NCBI GenBank assembly: GCA_022823235.1
Contig: JAJDXO010000059.1
Location: 45,393 to 109,392 of the forward strand
Reading direction: 5' to 3'
Length of the DNA stretch: 64,000 bases
DNA from: Rhodospirillales bacterium
GTDB taxonomy: Bacteria; Pseudomonadota; Alphaproteobacteria; Rhodospirillales; UBA2165
The notes beneath the pieces are model-generated. The model was not told where the DNA came from. It did not search any database and saw nothing but the letters and a program-made list of their open reading frames with translations. The translations under genes and the position numbers were made by a program. Position 1 is the stretch's first letter, and every line of letters begins with the position of its first letter. Below are positions 48,059-57,853 of this stretch, piece by piece.

Positions 48059-48722
48059 GAAGACAATACCCCGCCCCCCGGACCGTATGGAGCAGTTGCC
48101 GGCCGAAGTCCTTGTCGATCTTGGCCCGCAACCGGCTGATATGAACATCGATTACGTTGGTCTGGGGATCGAAATGGTAGTCCCAGACGTTCTCCAGCAG
48201 CATGGTCCGCGTCACCGTCTGGCCGGCGTGGCGCATGAGATACTCCAGGAGCCGGAACTCCCGGGGCTGCAGGGCGAGATCCACTCCCGCACGCCTGACC
48301 CGGCGGCTCAGCAGATCCATTTCCAGATCGGCGACGGACAATCGGGTTTCCACCTGCTCGGGATTGCGGCGCCGGACCAGCGCCTCGATCCGCGCCAACA
48401 GTTCGGCGAACGCATATGGCTTTACGAGATAATCGTCGCCGCCGGCCTTCAGTCCCTTGACCCGGTCGTCGACGTCGCCGAGGGCGCTCAGGAACAGGAT
48501 GGGCTCGTCTATGCCTTCGGCGCGCAGCCGGTTGACCACGCTCAGGCCGTCCATTTTGGGCAGCATGCGGTCGATCACCAGAACGTCGTAGCCGCCCTCG
48601 GCCGCCAGGGCATGGCCCTCCTCGCCGTCGGCGGCATGATCAACCACATGACCGCTCTCGGACAGGCCCTGCCGCATGTAGTCGGCGGCTTCCAGATCAT
48701 CCTCGATCACCAAAATACGCAT
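48045..48722 (-). CDS. OmpR-family response regulator
   Basis: MRILVIEDD...DVLVIDRMLPKMDG receiver domain plus a winged-helix C-terminus (LLEYLMRHAGQTVTR...GAGY). Confidence 0.9.
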   Translation of the reverse strand: MRILVIEDDLEAADYMRQGLSESGHVVDHAADGEEGHALAAEGGYDVLVIDRMLPKMDGLSVVNRLRAEGIDEPILFLSALGDVDDRVKGLKAGGDDYLVKPYAFAELLARIEALVRRRNPEQVETRLSVADLEMDLLSRRVRRAGVDLALQPREFRLLEYLMRHAGQTVTRTMLLENVWDYHFDPQTNVIDVHISRLRAKIDKDFGRQLLHTVRGAGYCLREPS

Positions 48723-48850
48723 GGCGGCTTTCATTCTCCGGGCTACCCTAAGGTAGTTCAAATTTTGGCGGATTTCACCTGGGCCTCAAAGGGGACGGTG
48801 CCCGGCCCCGATCGGGCGCCGGACACCGTCTACCTCGTCCCGAGGTAAAA

Positions 48851-50389
48851 TCAGGCGTTGCGGAGGGGCAGCGCGACGAAGCGCTCATTGCCGCGCCGCT
48901 CCACAAGCAGCAGCACCGCGGATCGGTCGGCGGCGCCGGCCCGTTCAATCGCATCGGCGACATCTCCCGGGGTTTCGACCGCCTGGCCGGCGACCGAGAC
49001 GATCACGTCGCCCCGGCTGAGGCCTTGGCGCGCCGCGGGACTGCCGGGCTTGATGGCGGTGATCACGACGCCTTCCGTATCCCGGTCCAGCCCGAGGGCC
49101 CGGCGGGTCTGCGGGTCCAGGGCCGCCAAACCGAGACCCAGCTTGTCGCCGGTCTCCGCCTTTGCAACCGGTTCGGCCTCGGGCGAGCTTCCGATACGCA
49201 CCTCGATGGTACGCTTCCGGCCGTTGCGCCAGATCTCCATCTCGGCCTCATCCCCCGCCTGTAGGGAACCGATGATCCGGGGCAGATCCTTGAGGCGCCC
49301 GACGGTCTTGTCGTTGACCTCCAGGATCACATCGCCCCGCTTCAGTCCGGCCTCATCCGCCGGGCTGTCATCGGTCACCCGGGACACCAGCGCGCCGGCG
49401 GCTTCATCAAGATCGAGGCCGGCCGCCAGTTCTTCGGTGACGGCCTGGATATGGACGCCGAGCCAGCCCCGCTGGACCCGCCCGTCGTCCTTCAGGTCTT
49501 CGATGACGGTCTCGGCGAGCGACGAGGGAATGGCAAACCCAATACCCACGTTGCCGCCCGACGGCGAGAAGATGGCCGTATTTACCCCGATCACCTCGCC
49601 CCGCAGGTTGAAGGCCGGGCCACCGGAATTGCCCTGGTTGATCGGCGCATCGATCTGCAGGAAGTCGTCGAACGGTCCCGCGCCGATGTCACGATCGCGG
49701 GACGAAATAATCCCGACCGTCGCCGTCTTGCCGACGCCGAACGGGTTGCCGATCGTCACGATCCAGTCGCCGACCCGCATATCGGCGGACGATCCGAATG
49801 AAACCGTCGGCAGATCACGCTTGGCATCGATTTTCAAAAGCGCGAGATCGGTCTTCTCATCCTGTCCGATGAGTTCCGCCTCGTACTTCTTACCGTCATG
49901 CATGACGACCGTGATTTCGTCGGCGTCATCGATGACATGATGGTTGGTGACGATCAGCCCGTCCTTTTCGATGATGAAGCCGGAGCCGAGCCCCTGGGTC
50001 CGAGGCCCGCGCGGCGCGCCTTTGAATCGGGGCCCTTCGGGCAGGCCGAATTGCCGGCTTCCGTCTTCGCCGAAGAAGCGCCGGAAGAACTCGTCAAATT
50101 GGGGCGGCATCTGGCCGGACGACAACGCCGGACCGGCAGCCCGTTTCTCGACCCGGATGGTGACCACGGCGGGGCTCACCCGCTCCACCACATCGGCGAT
50201 ATTCACCGGCATCGCCGGGACGGGCGCCGCCTGGACGGATTTCACCGCTTCGGCGGAATTTGCCGCGGATTTCCGGTCCGATTGGTCGGCGAATGCGATC
50301 CCGCCGGCGATCGTGCCGGTCGCGAGAGCCGTGACTGCCATCACGCCGAGAAGTTTTGACTTCGGTGTAGGTAAGAGTTGTCTTCGCAT
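48851..50389 (-). CDS. degP: Periplasmic serine endoprotease DegP/HtrA (Do family), two PDZ domains
   Basis: Signal peptide, catalytic TNHHV / D / GNSGGP triad contexts, and two PDZ-like segments. Confidence 0.9.
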   Translation of the reverse strand: MRRQLLPTPKSKLLGVMAVTALATGTIAGGIAFADQSDRKSAANSAEAVKSVQAAPVPAMPVNIADVVERVSPAVVTIRVEKRAAGPALSSGQMPPQFDEFFRRFFGEDGSRQFGLPEGPRFKGAPRGPRTQGLGSGFIIEKDGLIVTNHHVIDDADEITVVMHDGKKYEAELIGQDEKTDLALLKIDAKRDLPTVSFGSSADMRVGDWIVTIGNPFGVGKTATVGIISSRDRDIGAGPFDDFLQIDAPINQGNSGGPAFNLRGEVIGVNTAIFSPSGGNVGIGFAIPSSLAETVIEDLKDDGRVQRGWLGVHIQAVTEELAAGLDLDEAAGALVSRVTDDSPADEAGLKRGDVILEVNDKTVGRLKDLPRIIGSLQAGDEAEMEIWRNGRKRTIEVRIGSSPEAEPVAKAETGDKLGLGLAALDPQTRRALGLDRDTEGVVITAIKPGSPAARQGLSRGDVIVSVAGQAVETPGDVADAIERAGAADRSAVLLLVERRGNERFVALPLRNA

Positions 50390-50472
50390 CTCAATTCTCC
50401 TTGAAATCGAAAGAATTTCAGGGCATCGGAAGCGCCAACCGGCTTAAATTCCGATGCCGTCGAGAATTGAGA
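50389..50472 (-). promoter_or_regulatory. Structured degP leader: 11-bp outer stem pairing an upstream segment with the Shine-Dalgarno/start region, enclosing two hairpins
   Basis: The outer arms are 50462-50472 and 50389-50399; on the mRNA the upstream arm UCUCAAUUCUC pairs with GAGAAUUGAGA, which contains GGAGAA plus the A of AUG. The inner hairpins are 50422-50429/50451-50458 (8 bp) and 50402-50407/50415-50420 (6 bp). Confidence 0.4.
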
Positions 50473-50590
50473 CTAGCTATTGCCGTCTAACCGCTACCTG
50501 TCCGGCGGATTACCATTCGGTAACATTCGTCCAAAAATTATTGAAGACGAGGACACTGATGAAAACCTCGACGCCCGATCCCGCCGCCGC

Positions 50591-51754
50591 CTAACCCAGC
50601 ACTTTCTCCACCAACCGCACCCAGAACGATGCCCCGATGGGCAGAATCTCGTCGTTGAACTCGTAGCGCGTATTGTGGAGCGGATATGTTTCCCGGTCCG
50701 GGAATCCGGCGCCAAGGCGGACAAAGGTGCCCGGCCGCTCGTTCAGCATGAACGCGAAATCCTCGGACGCCATGGTCGGCGGATAGGCCTGTTCCAGATT
50801 TTCCTCACCGACCACGTCAACCGCCACCAAACGGGCAATCTCGCTTTCCGGAGCGTTATTGACCAACACCGGATAGAGCTGCTCGTACGAGACGTCCGCG
50901 CTGCCGCCGTGAGCCGACGCGATGCCGCCGGCGATTTGCTCGATCTGCGGCTTGATGGTCTTTTCCGGATCCAGGGCGAAGGACCGGACCGTTCCCCCCA
51001 ACACCGCCTGATCGGGGATCACGTTCATTGCGTCGCCGGCGTGGAACTGCGTTACCGATACGACGATGGCGTCGATCGGATTGGTGGCCCGGCTCGAGAT
51101 GGTCTGGAGGCCCGAGACGATTTCCGCACCGATCACCACCGGATCAATCCCCTGATGGGGCGCGGCCGCGTGGCTGCCGCGCCCTTTGACGACGATCTCG
51201 AATTTCGCCGCCGATGCCATTCCCGGCCCTTCGCCGATGCTGATTTTGCCGGCCGGCATGTTGGGCCAGTTATGCATGCCGTAGACGGTGTCGGCGGGAA
51301 ACTTGTCAAACAGCCCCTCCTCCACCATCACCCGCCCGCCGCCCGCCATCTCCTCGGCAGGTTGGAAGATGAAATGGACGGTGCCGTTGAAGTTCTTTGA
51401 CTCCGCGAGGTGCTTGGCGGCGCCCAACAGCATGGTCGTGTGCCCATCGTGCCCGCAGGCGTGCATCTTGCCGGGCACCCGGGATTTGTACGGAAGGTCG
51501 GTCTGCTCGGGCATGTCGAGAGCGTCCATGTCGGCGCGAAGGCCTATGGAGGGTCCGTCGCCATTGACCAGCGTACCGACGACGCCGGTCGTCGCCATGC
51601 CCCGATCAATCTCAATGCCGAATGCCGCGAGCTTTTCGGCCACCAAATCCGACGTCCGATGCTCTTCAAACGCCGTTTCCGGATGAGCGTGAATATTCCG
51701 CCGCCAGGACGCCATTTCGTCCTTCAGGGCGTCGAGTTCCTTGATGACCGGCAT
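50591..51754 (-). CDS. M20-family amidohydrolase (hippurate hydrolase / N-acyl-L-amino-acid amidohydrolase-like)
   Basis: 387 aa with WRRNIHAHPE, MHACGHDGH and FQPAEE. Confidence 0.85.
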   Translation of the reverse strand: MPVIKELDALKDEMASWRRNIHAHPETAFEEHRTSDLVAEKLAAFGIEIDRGMATTGVVGTLVNGDGPSIGLRADMDALDMPEQTDLPYKSRVPGKMHACGHDGHTTMLLGAAKHLAESKNFNGTVHFIFQPAEEMAGGGRVMVEEGLFDKFPADTVYGMHNWPNMPAGKISIGEGPGMASAAKFEIVVKGRGSHAAAPHQGIDPVVIGAEIVSGLQTISSRATNPIDAIVVSVTQFHAGDAMNVIPDQAVLGGTVRSFALDPEKTIKPQIEQIAGGIASAHGGSADVSYEQLYPVLVNNAPESEIARLVAVDVVGEENLEQAYPPTMASEDFAFMLNERPGTFVRLGAGFPDRETYPLHNTRYEFNDEILPIGASFWVRLVEKVLG

Positions 51755-51885
51755 CGTATTTTCCGTTCCAGACTATGCCCCGGAGAGTTTGACCAATGCG
51801 GGCCGTTTGCTCAACCACCGCCTTGCCCTTGACTTGCCGTTTCCATGGGCCAAGTTTCCATTCCTGCGCCGCTCACGGGAATCTC

Positions 51886-52743
51886 ATGACCACCAATCTG
51901 CCAGCCGACCTTGATGCCGACGAGGTTAACCGGATCGTCGATGCGGCCATCGCCGAAGATGTGGGCAGGGGCGACATCACATCCCAGGCCGTCATCCCCG
52001 AGGAAACGGATTTCGAGGGCGTCATGGCGGCGCGGGAACCCGTTGTCGTCGCCGGGCTGCGGATCGCCCAACTGGTTTTCGAAAAGTTTTCCCCTGAGAT
52101 TTCATTCGGCGTACTCGTCGCCGAGGGCGAGGCGGTTGAAACGGGAACCGCCCTGGCCCGGATTTCCGGTCCCGCCGGTGAGCTTCTCGCCGCGGAACGC
52201 ACGGCCATAAATTTCGTCCAGCATCTTTCCGGCATTGCAACGCTCACGCGGGTCTACGCCGACGCCATTGCTTCGGAAAACACGGTGCTTCTGGACACCC
52301 GCAAGACCATTCCGGGCCTCAGGCAGTTGGAGAAATACGCGACCCGGATGGGCGGGGCGACCAACCACCGCATGCGCCTCGACGATGGCGTGCTGATCAA
52401 GGACAACCACGTGGCGGTCGCCGGCGGCATCGGCGAGGCGGTCCGCCGGGCCATCGATGCCGGCCTGAAGCATGTCGAAGTGGAGTGCGACACGTTGGAG
52501 CAGGTTGCCGAGGCCGCGGAATCGGGCGCGGAGCGCATCCTGCTGGATAACATGAGCCCCGACGACATGCGCCGGGCCATCGAAATCATCGATAACCGCT
52601 GCACCACCGAAGCCTCGGGCAACGTGACCCTGGACAACATCAAGGAGGTGGCTGCGGCCGGTGTCGATTACGTATCGGTGGGGCGGCTGACCCACTCGGC
52701 GCCCGCGGCGAATATCGGGCTCGATTGGACCCCGGCGGCCTAG
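51886..52743 (+). CDS. nadC: Nicotinate-nucleotide pyrophosphorylase (carboxylating)
   Basis: EDVGRGDITS, LLDTRKTIPGLR, IKDNH and LDNMSP motifs. ATG 51886 chosen as start. Confidence 0.85.
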   Translation: MTTNLPADLDADEVNRIVDAAIAEDVGRGDITSQAVIPEETDFEGVMAAREPVVVAGLRIAQLVFEKFSPEISFGVLVAEGEAVETGTALARISGPAGELLAAERTAINFVQHLSGIATLTRVYADAIASENTVLLDTRKTIPGLRQLEKYATRMGGATNHRMRLDDGVLIKDNHVAVAGGIGEAVRRAIDAGLKHVEVECDTLEQVAEAAESGAERILLDNMSPDDMRRAIEIIDNRCTTEASGNVTLDNIKEVAAAGVDYVSVGRLTHSAPAANIGLDWTPAA

Positions 52744-52749
52744 CGTGCC

Positions 52750-54414
52750 CTATGACATCCCCACGATCTCGCCGTCCGAACCAATCGAAATCGCATTGGC
52801 CGCCGGTTCCCGCGGCAGCCCGGGCATGGTCATCATGTCGCCGCAGACCGCGACGATGAATCCGGCCCCGGCGCTGAGCCGGATTTCCCTCACCGGGAAC
52901 GGAAAATTCGTCGGCGCCCCGAGCGCTTTCGGGTCGGTCGAGAAACTGAATTGGGTTTTGGCGATGCACACCGGCACATTGCCCCACCCGGCTGCTTCCA
53001 GGTCCCGAATTCGAGCGGCCGCCGCGCTGGAAAGCTCGATGCCGCCGGACCGGTAAACCTTGCACGCAATGGCGCCGATTTTCTCGGCGATGGGGGCCTC
53101 CAGTTCGTAGACAAAGTTGGGCTCGGCCGGCTCCCCGGCCGTCGTCTCGACGACGGCGCGGGCCAGGCTTTCCGCGCCGGCGCCACCGTCCGCGAAGTGC
53201 GTGCATTCCTCGAAGCGAAAATCGGCGGCGGCGCAGAGTTCGGCCAGTTTCGCCACCTCGGCATCTCCATCGGCCGCAAAGCGATTCAGGGCGACGATCA
53301 CCGGCAACCCGAAATTCCGCATGTTTTCCGTGTGGCGCCCCAGGTTCGCAAACCCCGCGCCGACGGCATCGACGTTTTCGTCTTCGATGTCGCTCAATCC
53401 CACCCCGCCGTGGGACTTGAGGGCGCGGATTGTCGCGACAACCACTGCCGCCGACGGGCGAAGACCGGCAAGCCGGGATTTGATGTCGATAAACTTTTCC
53501 GCACCGAGATCGGCGCCGAAACCGGCTTCGGTCACCACAAAATCGGCGAGCTTCAAGCCTGCGCGCGTCGCCGCGACGGACGAGCACCCGTGGGCAATGT
53601 TGGCGAAGGGGCCGCCATGAACCAGGGCCGGCGTACCCCCGGCGGTCTGAACCAGGTTCGGCCGGATGGCATCCTTCAGCAGGACGGCCATCGCCCCCGC
53701 CGCGTCGATATCCCCGGCGGTGATCATCTCCCGCTGCCGGGTCCGGCCGACGACGATGCGGGACAGCCGCCGGGTGAAATCATCCGATCCTTCGGCAAGA
53801 CAAAGGATGGCCATGACCTCGGAAGCCGCGGTGATATCGAAACCGCCTTCCCGGGCAAATCCATTCGAGACTCCGCCGAGCGAGAGGGCGACCTGCCGAA
53901 GGGCCCGATCGTTCATGTCGAGGACACGCGGCCAGCTGACCCGCCGGGAGTCCAGGCCGGTCCCGTTTTCCCAATAGATGTGATTGTCGATCATCGCCGC
54001 CAACAGATTGTGCGCGGCCGTTACGGCGTGGAGATCCCCGGTGAAATGCAAGTTGATGTCGTCCGATGGCTCGATGGTCGACTTGCCGCCTCCGGTCCCG
54101 CCGCCTTTCATGCCGAAGACGGGTCCCAGGCTGGGTTCGCGGAGGCAAACGACCGCCCGTTCACCGATCCTTGAGAGACCATCCGCCAATCCAATGCTGG
54201 TGGTCGTCTTTCCTTCACCATAGCGAGTGGGGGTCATCGCCGTGACGAGGATCAGTTTGCCGTCGGTCTGCCCGTCGAGGCGATTTAGGAATTTCGAGGA
54301 GAGTTTGGCCTTTTGAGTACCGTAGGACTCAAGAGCGTCCACCGGAATGTCGAGTAGCGCGCCGATCTCATCGATCGGCCGCAAAAACCGTCCTTCGTCC
54401 GCCTCCCCGGCCAT
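52750..54414 (-). CDS. fhs: Formate-tetrahydrofolate ligase
   Basis: 554 aa with TAMTPTRYGEGKTTTSIGL, GGPFANIAHGC and EAGFGADLGAEKF. Confidence 0.95.
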   Translation of the reverse strand: MAGEADEGRFLRPIDEIGALLDIPVDALESYGTQKAKLSSKFLNRLDGQTDGKLILVTAMTPTRYGEGKTTTSIGLADGLSRIGERAVVCLREPSLGPVFGMKGGGTGGGKSTIEPSDDINLHFTGDLHAVTAAHNLLAAMIDNHIYWENGTGLDSRRVSWPRVLDMNDRALRQVALSLGGVSNGFAREGGFDITAASEVMAILCLAEGSDDFTRRLSRIVVGRTRQREMITAGDIDAAGAMAVLLKDAIRPNLVQTAGGTPALVHGGPFANIAHGCSSVAATRAGLKLADFVVTEAGFGADLGAEKFIDIKSRLAGLRPSAAVVVATIRALKSHGGVGLSDIEDENVDAVGAGFANLGRHTENMRNFGLPVIVALNRFAADGDAEVAKLAELCAAADFRFEECTHFADGGAGAESLARAVVETTAGEPAEPNFVYELEAPIAEKIGAIACKVYRSGGIELSSAAAARIRDLEAAGWGNVPVCIAKTQFSFSTDPKALGAPTNFPFPVREIRLSAGAGFIVAVCGDMMTMPGLPREPAANAISIGSDGEIVGMS

Positions 54415-54498
54415 GCCGCGCGCTCCCAGTCCGCAACCCCGTCCCGTTTGACCGGAATCATATCAGTTCACGGGACGAAGAAAAGAATCTACAACTGG

Positions 54499-55413
54499 AT
54501 GCCGCAGCCGGAATGGGCGGCTTCCCAACGCCGTCTTGCCCTCTCAACTTCAACGGCCGGGGTGCCGGAATTGGCCCGATCCGCTTTCAAGCTCCTCCAT
54601 ATGGCGATCTCGACGGTGCTGGGAAATCAGCCGAAGGGGTACTTCATTCCGTACCGCCATGCGGCGGAAATGCCGCCGCCGGGCTCGACCGCCTATCCTG
54701 CCATCGAGGAACTGTTCGACGCCGCCGGCGAGCGCCAGCGAGAATTCTTTACTAACATTAAGAAATACATAGAAGGCATTGAAAAAATTGGTGAAAATAA
54801 TTCACCGGAGCCTCGATGGGATCAGGATTGGTTCCCCCGGATGGACGCCGTGGCCGCCTATGTCATGGTGCGTGAATTCCAGCCGCGGCGGATCATCGAA
54901 GTCGGCTCCGGCCACTCCACCCGTTTTATGGCCCGGGCGGTCCGGGACGGAGCTCTTCCGACCCGAATAACCGCCGTCGATCCGGGACCGCGCGCAACGA
55001 TTGACGGCTTGGATGCGGAGACGGTCTCCAAACTGGTCCATGAGGTTCCCTCGGAATTGTTCGGGGAACTCGAAGCCGGGGACATTTTGTTCATCGACTC
55101 GAGCCACATCCTGATGCCCGGTACCGATGTCGATTACCTGTTCAACTCCGTTCTGCCCCGCCTGCCGTCCGGCGTTCTGATCCACATCCACGACATTCTG
55201 CTGCCGGACCCCTACCCCGACGCCTGGACGTGGCGCGGGTACAACGAGCAATTGGGTGTCGCCGCGCTGCTTCAGGGCGGTGCCTACGAAATTCTGTTTT
55301 CCAGCCGCTACGCGGTGACGCGGCTGCGAAATTCCTTCGAGGAAACGGCGGCGGCGGGGTTGCCCCTCAACAAAGGGGCCCTTGAAACCAGCCTGTGGTT
55401 ACGCAAGCTCTGA
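54499..55413 (+). CDS. Class I SAM-dependent methyltransferase-like protein
   Basis: IIEVGSGHSTRFMA (motif I-like) and ILFIDSSHI. The start is uncertain (54448, 54499 or 54601). An internal stretch at 54720-54830 is noticeably AT-richer. Confidence 0.55.
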   Translation: MPQPEWAASQRRLALSTSTAGVPELARSAFKLLHMAISTVLGNQPKGYFIPYRHAAEMPPPGSTAYPAIEELFDAAGERQREFFTNIKKYIEGIEKIGENNSPEPRWDQDWFPRMDAVAAYVMVREFQPRRIIEVGSGHSTRFMARAVRDGALPTRITAVDPGPRATIDGLDAETVSKLVHEVPSELFGELEAGDILFIDSSHILMPGTDVDYLFNSVLPRLPSGVLIHIHDILLPDPYPDAWTWRGYNEQLGVAALLQGGAYEILFSSRYAVTRLRNSFEETAAAGLPLNKGALETSLWLRKL

Positions 55414-55896
55414 GCCGGGCACCCGGCTGGCGCGGGTGAGGATGTAAATCGAGACCGGCGCCATGACCAGGAACATCAATGCCGGCGCCACCCAATCCTG
55501 AGCCACGAACAGGCTCACATAGACCAGACTTGCGGTCATGGAACCGATCGCCAGGGCCTTGGCGTAGACCGGGATAACTCGGTGCCGTTCCCAATTGATC
55601 AACAACGGGCCAAAACGCGGCCGGCTGTATAGCCAGCCGTAAAATCGCGCCGAAGAACGGGCGAAACACCACGCGGCAATAATCAGGAAGATTGTCGTCG
55701 GCAATCCGGGGACAACGGTGCCGACGGCGCCGAGGACGACAAAGAACACACCCGCGCCAATCAGCAACGGCCTGAGCACGGGGCCGACGGCGGGAACCGG
55801 GCAGTTGTCCCTTGGCGGCGGTGGGCCGCTATTTTTGCCCGGATTTTCGATCTCGTTCATACTCCAATATATGTGACCGGTCTTGTCGCTTAACAA
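55399..55896 (-). CDS. DUF454 (YbaN-like) inner-membrane protein
   Basis: PGLPTTIFLIIAAWCFARSSARFYGWL...RHRVIP. The start is uncertain (TTG 55896 or ATG 55860). The 3' end overlaps the convergent gene by 15 nt. Confidence 0.7.
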   Translation of the reverse strand: MLSDKTGHIYWSMNEIENPGKNSGPPPPRDNCPVPAVGPVLRPLLIGAGVFFVVLGAVGTVVPGLPTTIFLIIAAWCFARSSARFYGWLYSRPRFGPLLINWERHRVIPVYAKALAIGSMTASLVYVSLFVAQDWVAPALMFLVMAPVSIYILTRASRVPGSELA

Positions 55897-55920
55897 CCAC
55901 CGTGACCAATAATACCAAGG

Positions 55921-56661
55921 TCAGCCGTTCACGCCCAATTCCTCGCGTTCATGCCATTTCATACGGGTCTTTCGGATCGTCCGATCGGTCCCGGCCGATT
56001 CCGCGCCCAATTTTTGGGCCCAGGCCCACCAACTGTCCTGCACCTCGAAATTGCCATAGTCGGGATGCTGGGTGACAAGCAGCCGGTAGATGGCCTCTAT
56101 GTGGGGAACCGACACCTCCTCTTGGCTCAGGCTCCGCACGGTAATTCCGTCGCTCTGCATCCGGCCGGGATGTTTTCCCATCGTCCACGTATAGTCGTCG
56201 AACAACAGCCAGCCGCCGGGCCGCAGGAGTTTGTCCACCAGGAAATACGCCAGCCCGTCGATGGTCCAATTCTTCGCGCCGTCGATAAAACAGAAGTCAT
56301 AGCACGGCTCGCACACCCCGTTCCCGGAATGCGCCTCGATCTGTTTTTTCAGAAACCAGGTGTATGAGTTCTTTTCCCGGTGAATGGTGACCCGGCTGCC
56401 GAGCCCCGTCCTTTCGAGCAGCCTTTCGAGATTGGGATCCCGGTCGCCGGCGGTGAACAGGTCGACGGTATCGAGATGTCCTCGGCCTTCCTCCTCCATG
56501 GCCGCGGCCAAATAGACCGATGACACGCCATGGGCATGGCCCAGTTCCAGGCACCGTTCGGGGCGACGGTTGACGACGAACTGGTAAAGCTCCCAGCCCT
56601 CATCGACCCCCAGATACGGAATGCCCTCCAATGCGGCACGGACATCGTCAAATTTCATCAA
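55921..56661 (-). CDS. Class I SAM-dependent methyltransferase (Methyltransf_24 / O-MT family 3-like)
   Basis: CLELGHAHGVSSVYLAAA and FCFIDGAKNW...GGWLLFDDY. Confidence 0.7.
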   Translation of the reverse strand: MMKFDDVRAALEGIPYLGVDEGWELYQFVVNRRPERCLELGHAHGVSSVYLAAAMEEEGRGHLDTVDLFTAGDRDPNLERLLERTGLGSRVTIHREKNSYTWFLKKQIEAHSGNGVCEPCYDFCFIDGAKNWTIDGLAYFLVDKLLRPGGWLLFDDYTWTMGKHPGRMQSDGITVRSLSQEEVSVPHIEAIYRLLVTQHPDYGNFEVQDSWWAWAQKLGAESAGTDRTIRKTRMKWHEREELGVNG

Positions 56662-56698
56662 CGAATCCTAGCGGGCCCGCCCGCCGCCGTCGAGGCGG

Positions 56699-57853
56699 CT
56701 ACTTATAGGGGTCGGCCGCGTCGCGCAGTCCGTCACCCAGGAAATTGAAGGCGAGGACGACGATGATCACCGGCACCATGGGAGTCATCAGCCACGGGAA
56801 CAAGGTCACGGCCTCGATATTCTGGGCTTCGATGAGCAGGACCCCCCAGCTGGTGATCGGCGGACGAAGACCAAGCCCGAGGAAACTGAGTGCGGTCTCC
56901 GCCAATATCATCGTCGGGATGGATAGGGTCGCCGAGGCGATCAGGTGGCTCATGAAGTTGGGCAACAGGTGACGCCCGATGACACGCGACGGCTTCGCGC
57001 CCATGAGTGTGGCGGCTGTCGCAAAATCTTCTTCTCGGAGCGCCAGCAGTTTGGATCGAACCGCGCGGGCCAGCCCGGGCCAGTCGACCAGCGCCAATAT
57101 GAGCGTGATGCCGAAATAAACCAGTATAGGACTCCAGCGGGCCGGCAGCGCCGCGGACAGCGCCATCCATAGGGGCAATTCCGGCAGCGAGCGAAGAATC
57201 TCGATCACCCGCTGCACCAAATTGTCGACCCAGCCGCCGAAATAGCCGGCGAGGCCGCCAATGACGATGCCGAGAATGAAACTGAGGGTGATGCCGATCA
57301 GCCCGACCGTCAGCGAAATGCGGGCGCCATAAAGAATTCGGGACCACATGTCGTGTCCCAGCCGATCCGTACCCAGAAGGAAGAACGTCCCGCTTTCGGC
57401 CGGGCAAACCAGGTGGAAATCCGCCTCCACCATGCCCCAGAACCGGTAGGGATCGCCGGAACAGAAAAATCTGAGCGGCTGTACCTCGTCACGGTTGACG
57501 GAGTATTCCCGCTGCAGCGTTTCGAGGTTCAGCGTTTGCTCCAGGCCATAAACGAAGGGCCCGACAAAATCGCCCTCGTGGAAGAAGTGGATGCCCTGCG
57601 GCGGGGCATGCAGGAAATCCTCGTTCCGGGCCGACAGTTCGTAAGGAGCCAGGAACTCCGTGATCACGACGCTGAAGTACATGATCGCCAGTACGATGCC
57701 CGAAGCGACGGCAAGGCGGTGGCGCTTCAACCGCCACCACATCATCTTCCACTGTGACGCCAGGAAGTATTTTTCCTGCTCGGCCGTCAAGGCCTCGATT
57801 TGCTGCGGGTTGAACGGCTCCGAGGAGACGAAATGCCGATTGCCGTTGCTCAT
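56699..57853 (-). CDS. Peptide/opine-type ABC transporter permease (DppC/YejE-like)
   Basis: 384 aa with the EAA-loop region ATLMGAKPSRVIGRHLLPN and a BPD_transp_1 pattern. Confidence 0.85.
   Translation of the reverse strand: MSNGNRHFVSSEPFNPQQIEALTAEQEKYFLASQWKMMWWRLKRHRLAVASGIVLAIMYFSVVITEFLAPYELSARNEDFLHAPPQGIHFFHEGDFVGPFVYGLEQTLNLETLQREYSVNRDEVQPLRFFCSGDPYRFWGMVEADFHLVCPAESGTFFLLGTDRLGHDMWSRILYGARISLTVGLIGITLSFILGIVIGGLAGYFGGWVDNLVQRVIEILRSLPELPLWMALSAALPARWSPILVYFGITLILALVDWPGLARAVRSKLLALREEDFATAATLMGAKPSRVIGRHLLPNFMSHLIASATLSIPTMILAETALSFLGLGLRPPITSWGVLLIEAQNIEAVTLFPWLMTPMVPVIIVVLAFNFLGDGLRDAADPYK

Noticed and set aside
54415-54600. ZTP (pfl) or THF riboswitch upstream of fhs, a frequent ZTP-regulated gene.
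   Set aside because: The minus-strand leader has one hairpin (GTCCCGT...ACGGGAC) and a GGACUGGGAG segment. I could not find the GACUGGCG / ACCGGG / CCGCCUGGGC consensus blocks in the right order. The similarity is too weak.
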